Shown piece by piece: positions 19,864-28,015 of a stretch of 64,000 nt of DNA. The stretch's first letter is position 1, and each line of letters starts with the position of its first letter. A program made the position numbers and the translations under genes. The DNA is taken from IMG/VR virus record IMGVR_UViG_3300035182_000466, positions 96,001-160,000 of that record; one strand, given 5' to 3'. This DNA is from a virus. Below the pieces are notes generated by a model that did not search any database, was not told the DNA's origin, and was given only the letters and a program-made list of their open reading frames with translations.

Positions 19864-21076
19864 TACTTTATCCATAAAAATGGTAGATATTCCAGGTGTT
19901 CTTGAATATCATTCTTCGACGCATTCTTTCAATTATTGTCCTGAAGTTATACAGACTGAAAGAATAAAATTTGAAGATAGAAATGAAATACAACAAGACT
20001 TCTCGAAAGAATATCTTAATAAACAAAAAGAAGAATCAGATAAAGTACCAATTATAGGTACAGTAACCATTACTAATGAATGTAACATGGGATGTTCTTT
20101 TTGTTATGCTCATAAAAATGAGCAACTAGGAAAAATAAATTTAGACTATCTTATACGATTAAAGGAAAAGCTTCCTAAAGAATGTTTTGATCATCTTATT
20201 TTATCTGGTGGTGAACCATTATTATATTTTGATACGGTTAAGTCAGTAAGAAAGTTATACTCAAAGGTTGTAATATATACTAATGGTAGTCTTTTAACAG
20301 AAGATATTATTAAATGGTGTATAGATACAAAGACATGGTTATACATAACGTTAGATTTTGATATTCCAGATTTTATTGGTCATCACTCTAGTCCTGTAAG
20401 AGATTTACTAGAAAAGTACATTTATAAGTATCCTAAATTGTTAGATATAATATCTTTTGGGACAGTTCTTCCAATAGAAGAACTTATAAATTTGCCTAAG
20501 CTTAGGCAACAACAAAAACCTTTTGAGTCAGGTATATGGAGACTATACAATTTTTTAGATCCAAAAGATAAAAATTATGTAGTTAGTTCTGAAGGTTTTG
20601 ATCTTGAAATGAGTAATATAGAAACTGGTTCTATTAGTCTTCAAGAATCAATATTTTTTAGATATTTGAACTATGTACAAACAGCTTCTACTAATGAATA
20701 CAACTATAGTTGTTGTGGAAATTCATTAGCCCTAACACCCAGTGGAAACTTAACTATCTGTAATGAGTTATCAAGTTTACCTGAGTCTCGTTTAAAAAAT
20801 ACAAAAGTATGGTCAATAGATTCATTAGATTTAGAAGAAGTTAAACAAGAACAATTAAGAGTAGGTAAATACGGTATTAAAAGTTTTTGTGGTTCATGTA
20901 TTATGAAATATTTTTGTTCAGGATTGTGTTGGCAGAAAAAGGGTAATCTTAAACATCAATGTCAAATGGCACGCTTCGGAATAGCATATAGTATGTATTA
21001 TAAGTTTAACTATTTGAATACTAATTCAATACTAAATCCGAATACAAAGTTATCAGAAATCTTAAGAGATAGGTAA
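19856..21076 (+). CDS. radical SAM/SPASM protein
   Basis: CNMGCSFC, GGEP, TNG; SPASM C..G.LTIC..CGSCIMKYFCSGLC..C. Confidence 0.9.
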   Translation: MIDTLSIKMVDIPGVLEYHSSTHSFNYCPEVIQTERIKFEDRNEIQQDFSKEYLNKQKEESDKVPIIGTVTITNECNMGCSFCYAHKNEQLGKINLDYLIRLKEKLPKECFDHLILSGGEPLLYFDTVKSVRKLYSKVVIYTNGSLLTEDIIKWCIDTKTWLYITLDFDIPDFIGHHSSPVRDLLEKYIYKYPKLLDIISFGTVLPIEELINLPKLRQQQKPFESGIWRLYNFLDPKDKNYVVSSEGFDLEMSNIETGSISLQESIFFRYLNYVQTASTNEYNYSCCGNSLALTPSGNLTICNELSSLPESRLKNTKVWSIDSLDLEEVKQEQLRVGKYGIKSFCGSCIMKYFCSGLCWQKKGNLKHQCQMARFGIAYSMYYKFNYLNTNSILNPNTKLSEILRDR

Positions 21077-21083
21077 TATATTT

Positions 21084-22352
21084 ATGTCTTCATCAAAAAT
21101 TTTAGTAAATGCTATTGGTATAAAAGATAATTCTACGGGATTTGCTATCTTATATGTTCCAGAATTTCATTTATTTTTAAAGTCTGAAATACGTCAAAAT
21201 AAACCTGTAGAATTTTATACTAATTATTCAATGCCTGTACTTTGTACTCATCAAAATGAGATATATGAAGAGTACAATAAACTAGAAACTCAGGCAGTAA
21301 ATAAAATTCCTAACATAGGTTATGTAATAGTTAATAATGTCTGTAATATGAATTGTACCTTTTGTTATGCTGCGGCTAATACTAATCATAAAAGAGTAGA
21401 CATTTCTGATCTAGAGCACCTGTCTAAGATATTGCCCAAAAATTCGTTTAGAAAAGTAATTATTTCTGGAGGAGAACCTTTATTAGACTTTGATCTTGTA
21501 AAACAAATAAGAACATTTTTTGATGAAATGACTATAAACTCTAATGGAATGCTTCTTACAGAAGATATAGCTAATTGGTTAGTAGAAACAAAGACAAAAA
21601 TGTATATCGCCTTAGATTATGAGATTAAAGATTTTGAAGGACATGACTTTAATGCTAAAGCGCATGTAGAAAGTATAATCGCTAAAGTTCCAGAAGTTCT
21701 TCCATTTATAGAAGTCGCTGTAACTTACCCTAGTGATAAACTAGATGAGTTAAAAGATATTAGAACTCAAAATCTTCCATTTGAAAAAGAACTGACCCAC
21801 GATTTTAATTACATTAAAGGAAAGGATCCTTTAGTTTTAACTAAATCTATATTTGAAAAAGAAATAGAAAGAATAGAAAGAGATGAAATTTCATTACAAG
21901 AATCTATCTTTCATAAACCTCTTAAATATATACGAAATACTTATAACTGGAGACTTAATATAGAGTCATGCTCTCCAGCCGTACATTTAAATCATCTTGG
22001 AGATTTACATCTATGTCAGGTTAGAGCCTCCAATACAAATAGACCTGAAGAGTATGAGAAAGATGTTATCTGTAAAGCTAAAGATTTTAATTTAGACATA
22101 TATAGACAAAGATCCAACAAAGATAAAAAGATTGGAGTTTGCACAATAGATAAAAATTGTAACTGTAGATGGTTTTGTGGAAATATATGTTGGGCTAATA
22201 TAAAACATAATAAACATAATTGTGAAGTTCTTAAATACTCGTTATTCTATTCTATGTATTTAGTTCATAATTATCTTTCTATGGAAGGTTTTAGTTTATT
22301 AAATTTAGATAGATTTTTCAATTCAAAACTAAAAGGATTGAACTATGTCTGA
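21084..22352 (+). CDS. radical SAM/SPASM protein (paralog of upstream gene)
   Basis: CNMNCTFC, GGEP, SNG; SPASM C..GDLHLC..CNCRWFCGNIC..C; shares ISLQESIF with 19856-21076. Confidence 0.9.
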   Translation: MSSSKILVNAIGIKDNSTGFAILYVPEFHLFLKSEIRQNKPVEFYTNYSMPVLCTHQNEIYEEYNKLETQAVNKIPNIGYVIVNNVCNMNCTFCYAAANTNHKRVDISDLEHLSKILPKNSFRKVIISGGEPLLDFDLVKQIRTFFDEMTINSNGMLLTEDIANWLVETKTKMYIALDYEIKDFEGHDFNAKAHVESIIAKVPEVLPFIEVAVTYPSDKLDELKDIRTQNLPFEKELTHDFNYIKGKDPLVLTKSIFEKEIERIERDEISLQESIFHKPLKYIRNTYNWRLNIESCSPAVHLNHLGDLHLCQVRASNTNRPEEYEKDVICKAKDFNLDIYRQRSNKDKKIGVCTIDKNCNCRWFCGNICWANIKHNKHNCEVLKYSLFYSMYLVHNYLSMEGFSLLNLDRFFNSKLKGLNYV

Positions 22353-25300
22353 TATTCGTCCTGTACTAAGTATTTTAGAAAAACCTGAAACCTTAAATAA
22401 AAGTAAGCAATGTTCTTTTACCTTTAAGTCATCTAAACCTTTGAAATATGTCTGGTGTGTTTTGGATAATAATCCAAGTTTTAAACTATATCCATCAAAA
22501 GATTATCCAGAAGGTGATATTGCTATTTTATCTTTAACCTATGATGATTCTGATGATAGAGTTAAACACGAGCTAACAGTTCAAGCAGTAGATACAGATG
22601 ATAATCTTGAGATATATAAAAATGTAATAGTTTGGACTAATGTTTTTATACCTATACAGTCTACATTAGTAGAACATCCTTCTGATCCAGATTTAGACTT
22701 AGCAAGTTATTTTCTAATTACTACAAATAAAACTGTATTGGGAGTAAGATATTCCTTAAATAATAATCCTTATGTTTTTGTCAAACCTTCAGATAGAGTT
22801 TCTGATAACAAGACAGTAGATATTTCATTATATGATCTATCAGAAAGATCATATACGATAAGATATAAAGCTGTAGATGAATTTGGATTCGAAGAATTAA
22901 CTGAACATGAATTTACTTGGAATAAAGTAGTACGTCCTATTACTACAATAGTAAATATATCTGAAACAAACGATCCAAAAGTAATAGAGTTATCTGTAAA
23001 TAAACAAGTTGCATATATTGAAAGTTATCATTATTACGGTGAAGATAAAGAATCTTTTAGCGAAATTTGTTCAGAAGTAAACTCCTCTGGACAAGAAAGA
23101 TTCTACTTTAGAATACCACAACCTTTTGAAGGTAAAAATGAAGTACAATTTACAGCTGTAGATACTAAAGGTTACAGAGAATTAGAACCCGTTGTTTATA
23201 CTTGGTATGAAGATAAAACAGTTTTATATTCTACCTTTATTGAGACACCAGCAAAAGTATCACAGATTACAGATTCTAAATTTACTATTGTAACTAATAA
23301 ACCAGTCGATCATATAGAATATACTTTAGACGATCAACCGGAGAATAAAATATACCCTTGGCCTGAAGATGTAACTAATAAAACGTTCAAGATAACATTT
23401 ACATCTATGCAAGAAGGGTTTCATAATCTATCTATAAGAGCAGTAGATGGGTCTGGATATTTGGAGGATGAGGCACGTGTTTATTCATGGAAAGTAGAAG
23501 ATCCACCAGTTTCAAATATAATAAAGTACCCAATTAGTCCTAGTACAGAATCAACTGCTACCTTTAAAATTGTTGCTAACAAACCATTGAGTCATGCATT
23601 ATACTCGTTGAACGGATCGTCTTGGAAAGTATTTAATATAGATCCTAATGACTCAACTAAGACAAGTGCAAGTATAACAATATCTAATTTAAAAAATGGC
23701 GATTATACTATACAGATAAAAGCAGTAGATTTATTTGGAGCTGTGGAGAGAGAATCAACTGAAAAATCTTGGAGTGTAGAAGGTATTGAAGTTGTTTATC
23801 CAAATGTAGGATATGGTTCATCTAAAACAATCTTACCAGATGGAGTTACAGAAGCATTTAGATTTCACCCATCTCCAGGTGTATATTTTCCAGAGAGCTT
23901 ACTTGAGTTACCATCTGTTAGATCAATAATATATCCAGATACATTTATTGTAACATTTCCCGAAAAGTTTTCTAATCAAACTTCAGGAGTATTTACATTT
24001 TCATCTACTAGAATTGGAGCAACCTACCAGATTAGTTTAGATGGTTCTGAGTGGAAAGATGTAGGTAATCTATATAAATTTAATGATCTAGTTTTAGGCT
24101 CTCATTTACTTAAAGTTAGATCTATAGATAGAGCTGGGAATATTGATCCATCACCAGCAGAGTATTCTTGGAGTATAGACACTAAAAAACCAGTTTCTAC
24201 CTTTGTAGAAACTCCACCTAATATATCTATCTCACAGGAAGCATCTATAAGAATAGAGGTAGATAAACCAGTTCAGTACGAGTTGTACTCTTTAGATAAT
24301 TCTATATGGTTAAAGTCTTATCCTTTAGAGTCAGATCCAGATAATAGAACGATATTAGTAGAATTATATAATCTAAATTCTGGACCGCATAATTTTAGAG
24401 TAAAGGCTTGTGATATATATGGTAATATAGAAGTACCAGAAAAGTATTATAACTGGTTTGTAAATACAGATAGGACTCCACCTGATACTATTATAACTAC
24501 TATAATTCCTGAATATACTAATAAAGTTAACTGGGATATAGACTTTATGTCACCTAAACTTGGTTGCACTTTTGAAGTAGCTTTAGACGTAACATTATCT
24601 AATACAGATATACGATATGGTGAATGGGTGTCTGCGAAAAGTCCTTATATTCTTTCTGATTTAGCTGATGGACATTATGTGATAAAGGTTAGAGCGATTG
24701 ATCTATTTGGAGATATAGATGTTACACCTGCTCAATTAGCTTGGAATATAGATACAGTTCCACCAAAATTATTTTTTGTTACAAAGCCGACAGGACCAAA
24801 TGGAACATTTGAAGTTGTCTCAAATAAAACAAATTGCAGCTATCATTTTATTTATAATGATAGTGATACAGAAAACGTAGTATACAGTCCTATCATACCA
24901 TATAGCAATTTACCTGAAGGAGTTAATATTGTAAAAATTTATGCTAAAGATATGGCAGGAAATTCTGGAGATGTTATTTCTTATACTTGGACTATTGATT
25001 CAGTAACACCTAATACCTTTATTGATACTTATCCAATAGATAATAGCTCAAGTGGGCAGTTTACTTATCACGCAGATAAACCTAATTGTGTCTTTGAAGT
25101 TACTTTGGACTCAGTTACAAGTTTTAAAGAAAGTCCTTTTACTTTCACTAATTTATCTTCAGGTTTTCATACCTTTTCAGTTAGAGCAAAGGACTTAAAT
25201 GGAAATTTTGATGTTAATCCCAAAACATATACTTGGGAAGTAAAGATTTTAAGTACGATAACTGTTACAGTTTTTAATGCAATTAATGCTAAAGCTATCT

Positions 25301-25920
25301 CAGGTGCACTTGTATCTATAGACACTGGAGAATCTAGTAATACAAATACTTCTGGTGAAGCTAAGTTTACTAGTATAAAGGCAGGACTTAGAACAGTCAC
25401 AATCGCTAAAGATCAATTTGTTACAGAAACCGTAACAGTTACTTTAACTGAAGCTGCGATAGCAATAACTGTTTTATTATCGCCCTCTCTATGGGATGGT
25501 GCCTATCGTGCTGTATTACGTTGGGGTTACAAACCTTCTGACTTAGATATCCATATGTATGTACCATCAGGATCAACTTACATAGACCGTAACTGGGCTA
25601 ATAAAGGAAGTGAAATTTCCACACCATCTGGATGGCTAGACATAGATGATACTGATGGTTATGGTCCAGAAACTGTTACTGCTAAAACTCCAAATATAGG
25701 TATTTATCAAATATGGGTGTACAATTATTCTCAAACACCAGATATAACATCTTCAAATGCTGAAGTTAGTATATACTCAGACCAAGGAAAACAGCGTACT
25801 TATAAAGTACCTTTAAACTTAGGTACAGGATATAAAGCTTGGCATATATGTGATATCGACTGTGTAAACAAAATTATAACTGATGTAAATTTATTAAGAA
25901 CAAATCTACCAAATATATAG
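22345..25920 (+). CDS. large Ig-like repeat virion protein with C-terminal carboxypeptidase-regulatory-like and YfaP/DUF2135-like domains
   Basis: repeated H.(F/L).V.A.D..GN.D..PA.Y.W.ID units; LRWG..DLDIH...DDTDGYGPE motif. Confidence 0.7.
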   Translation: MSDIRPVLSILEKPETLNKSKQCSFTFKSSKPLKYVWCVLDNNPSFKLYPSKDYPEGDIAILSLTYDDSDDRVKHELTVQAVDTDDNLEIYKNVIVWTNVFIPIQSTLVEHPSDPDLDLASYFLITTNKTVLGVRYSLNNNPYVFVKPSDRVSDNKTVDISLYDLSERSYTIRYKAVDEFGFEELTEHEFTWNKVVRPITTIVNISETNDPKVIELSVNKQVAYIESYHYYGEDKESFSEICSEVNSSGQERFYFRIPQPFEGKNEVQFTAVDTKGYRELEPVVYTWYEDKTVLYSTFIETPAKVSQITDSKFTIVTNKPVDHIEYTLDDQPENKIYPWPEDVTNKTFKITFTSMQEGFHNLSIRAVDGSGYLEDEARVYSWKVEDPPVSNIIKYPISPSTESTATFKIVANKPLSHALYSLNGSSWKVFNIDPNDSTKTSASITISNLKNGDYTIQIKAVDLFGAVERESTEKSWSVEGIEVVYPNVGYGSSKTILPDGVTEAFRFHPSPGVYFPESLLELPSVRSIIYPDTFIVTFPEKFSNQTSGVFTFSSTRIGATYQISLDGSEWKDVGNLYKFNDLVLGSHLLKVRSIDRAGNIDPSPAEYSWSIDTKKPVSTFVETPPNISISQEASIRIEVDKPVQYELYSLDNSIWLKSYPLESDPDNRTILVELYNLNSGPHNFRVKACDIYGNIEVPEKYYNWFVNTDRTPPDTIITTIIPEYTNKVNWDIDFMSPKLGCTFEVALDVTLSNTDIRYGEWVSAKSPYILSDLADGHYVIKVRAIDLFGDIDVTPAQLAWNIDTVPPKLFFVTKPTGPNGTFEVVSNKTNCSYHFIYNDSDTENVVYSPIIPYSNLPEGVNIVKIYAKDMAGNSGDVISYTWTIDSVTPNTFIDTYPIDNSSSGQFTYHADKPNCVFEVTLDSVTSFKESPFTFTNLSSGFHTFSVRAKDLNGNFDVNPKTYTWEVKILSTITVTVFNAINAKAISGALVSIDTGESSNTNTSGEAKFTSIKAGLRTVTIAKDQFVTETVTVTLTEAAIAITVLLSPSLWDGAYRAVLRWGYKPSDLDIHMYVPSGSTYIDRNWANKGSEISTPSGWLDIDDTDGYGPETVTAKTPNIGIYQIWVYNYSQTPDITSSNAEVSIYSDQGKQRTYKVPLNLGTGYKAWHICDIDCVNKIITDVNLLRTNLPNI

Positions 25921-25940
25921 TAGTATAATACGAGGACTTT

Positions 25941-26159
25941 ATGACAACTATTTTAGATCCTTATTACACTTTATTAAGTCAATATTACAATAATTATGAT
26001 CTATTCATATCTAAGTGTAAAGATAGTGGTTTAACAGTCTTAACCATAGTAGAGTTTAAAGATAAAATAAATACTTTATTTCCTAAAACTAGTAACGTTC
26101 ATAGAACACCTGTTACTCGTTCTCCACGAAGTTGCTGTGGAGGTGGAGCATCTCGTTGA
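25941..26159 (+). CDS. small protein ending RSCCGGGASR
   Basis: 72-aa ORF with RBS gagg. Confidence 0.6.
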   Translation: MTTILDPYYTLLSQYYNNYDLFISKCKDSGLTVLTIVEFKDKINTLFPKTSNVHRTPVTRSPRSCCGGGASR

Positions 26160-26202
26160 ACTATGTAATTTATTATGTAGTTAATATATTAACAAAAGGA
26201 GA

Positions 26203-26586
26203 ATGGAAATGGAAGACAATACTACTAAAACTGAAGAAAACGTAACTGCAAGTGAGGAAAAGCCAAGTGAGGAAAAGAAACAACAACCATTTATTAACCA
26301 TAATACTTTTGCATTAGCTTTTGTTATTATAACGGTAGTATATATTACACTAGTGTTTAAGTATTTTAATCCTACTACTGGTCCTGAGTACGGAACTGCA
26401 CTTAGAATAAGTGCAAGTTCTATGCAGTCTACAGCTTTATGGTTTATCTCTGCATTAGGTTTTGTGATTACTCTAAATGGTCTTAAATTCGATGTTTATA
26501 AAGAAATAGTAGATGAGCATAATATAGCATTAGCTCTTTTAGTTGGTTTTGCATGGTTAGCTCTTGCTTTAGTTATAGCACTATAA
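26203..26586 (+). CDS. membrane protein, DUF350-like; holin candidate
   Basis: three hydrophobic segments, EIVDEHNIALALL motif; directly upstream of endolysin. Confidence 0.55.
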   Translation: MEMEDNTTKTEENVTASEEKPSEEKKQQPFINHNTFALAFVIITVVYITLVFKYFNPTTGPEYGTALRISASSMQSTALWFISALGFVITLNGLKFDVYKEIVDEHNIALALLVGFAWLALALVIAL

Positions 26587-26598
26587 CTGGAATTAAAG

Positions 26599-27249
26599 AT
26601 GAAGAAGTTAATCTTGTTAATTTTAACTTTCTTGTTTTTATTTTCAGTACCTAACGTAGTATTTTCTGGACCTTATGATCTAGAGGTCTTAAAGAAAGCA
26701 GAATCTTACTTATATGTAAGAGAGCTTAATCCTATTAATGGTAATAGAAGTCCAGAGATAGATATGTGGCTTAAGTATGTAGGGCTACCACCTGGATTAT
26801 CTTATTGTGTTACTTTCAATGTCTATTGTGTTGGTAGTGTCTATGAAGCACATGGCAAAAGAAATCCTTTACCAAAAATTGGAAGAGTATCAACATTGCT
26901 AAAAATAGTAAAAAAAGATAAGTATGCTTTTACTGTAGTACCTGCAAAAGATGTAGAATATGGTTCGTATATTCTAAAACCTGGGATGATAGCTATTTGG
27001 TCTAACAATAAAAAATTAGATGGTTCTGGTTTAGATAAGTATGATTGGGCCGGTCATGCAGAGTTTGTAACAAGTCCGCTGGTTAAATCTAAATTTGGTT
27101 CTATTGGGGCTAACACTATAGGTGTAGATGACATACGTTCACAAAGAGAGCAAGCTAAGACTGGACCTGTAGGTGGAGTTTATAGAAAAAGTAGAAACAT
27201 AAGTAAACTTAAATCTTTTAATACAGAAGCATTTATTAAAATAAATTAA
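26599..27249 (+). CDS. CHAP-family peptidoglycan hydrolase (endolysin candidate) with signal peptide
   Basis: hydrophobic N-terminus; NRSPEID..SYCVTF catalytic Cys, GHAEFV His, IGANT. Confidence 0.7.
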   Translation: MKKLILLILTFLFLFSVPNVVFSGPYDLEVLKKAESYLYVRELNPINGNRSPEIDMWLKYVGLPPGLSYCVTFNVYCVGSVYEAHGKRNPLPKIGRVSTLLKIVKKDKYAFTVVPAKDVEYGSYILKPGMIAIWSNNKKLDGSGLDKYDWAGHAEFVTSPLVKSKFGSIGANTIGVDDIRSQREQAKTGPVGGVYRKSRNISKLKSFNTEAFIKIN

Positions 27250-27261
27250 CATAAGAGGTGT

Positions 27262-27693
27262 ATGATGCCCGAAGCAAGTAGAATTTTTATATCTGGACCA
27301 ATGATGTTCCAAGTAGACCAATATCTTATGACTCGGTATAAACTAGATCCAGTAGCTGCATCTACTACTCAAAGTTTTAGATTAGATTTAACTAGTACAA
27401 AAGGCGTTTTAATTTCTGTTAAAGTTCAGTGTTTATCTACTTCTTATGATGTTTATATCATGCCTTTTGAAAATGTAGACATAGATTCTTTAATGACAAT
27501 TTATAGAAAAACTGACATAAATAAACTATTAGAAGATACAAATTTATCTTCATTTTGGGCTAAGTTTAATCCTTTTCATTCACAGAAGTATGGAGAATTA
27601 GATACAGATAAGTGTCTATACTTTAAGATTGAAAATAAAGCTGAAGATACTGGAGATATTTATGTAGAACTTATTTATAGAGTAGCATTATAA
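27262..27693 (+). CDS. hypothetical protein
   Basis: 143-aa ORF with RBS gaggtg. Confidence 0.55.
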   Translation: MMPEASRIFISGPMMFQVDQYLMTRYKLDPVAASTTQSFRLDLTSTKGVLISVKVQCLSTSYDVYIMPFENVDIDSLMTIYRKTDINKLLEDTNLSSFWAKFNPFHSQKYGELDTDKCLYFKIENKAEDTGDIYVELIYRVAL

Positions 27694-28005
27694 ATGACTT
27701 CTTCTTGTTCAATAATACTTTTATTTGTTAAACAGGTTTTTGAAGTATATGCTATTACTTTGATTTTAGCTAGTAGTTCTATCTTAGAACCTTTTAGATA
27801 TGTTATTATAAAAAGATACCCAGGTCTTTACAGTCCGTTAAACTCATGGATAAAAGCTCCATTAGTTTATGAAAAACACTTTATCGAGTGTAGGATGTGT
27901 ATGGGATTCTGGGTATCTTTGTTTAGTTGTATTTATTATAACAATCTAAGCTATTTTGTAGTTGTTTTTGGTATAAGCTATTTTATTTGTACTCAAGAAA
28001 GGTAG
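27694..28005 (+). CDS. DUF1360-like membrane protein
   Basis: hydrophobic segments with CRMCMGFW motif. Confidence 0.55.
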   Translation: MTSSCSIILLFVKQVFEVYAITLILASSSILEPFRYVIIKRYPGLYSPLNSWIKAPLVYEKHFIECRMCMGFWVSLFSCIYYNNLSYFVVVFGISYFICTQER

Positions 28006-28015
28006 GTAGACAAAG

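Noticed and set aside
17403-22352. Queuosine/7-deazaguanine, MoaA or NrdG role for the radical SAM cluster
   Set aside because: No QueC/QueD/FolE/DpdA, molybdopterin or class III RNR genes nearby; SPASM domains and tail context fit peptide maturases better, though this is not excluded.
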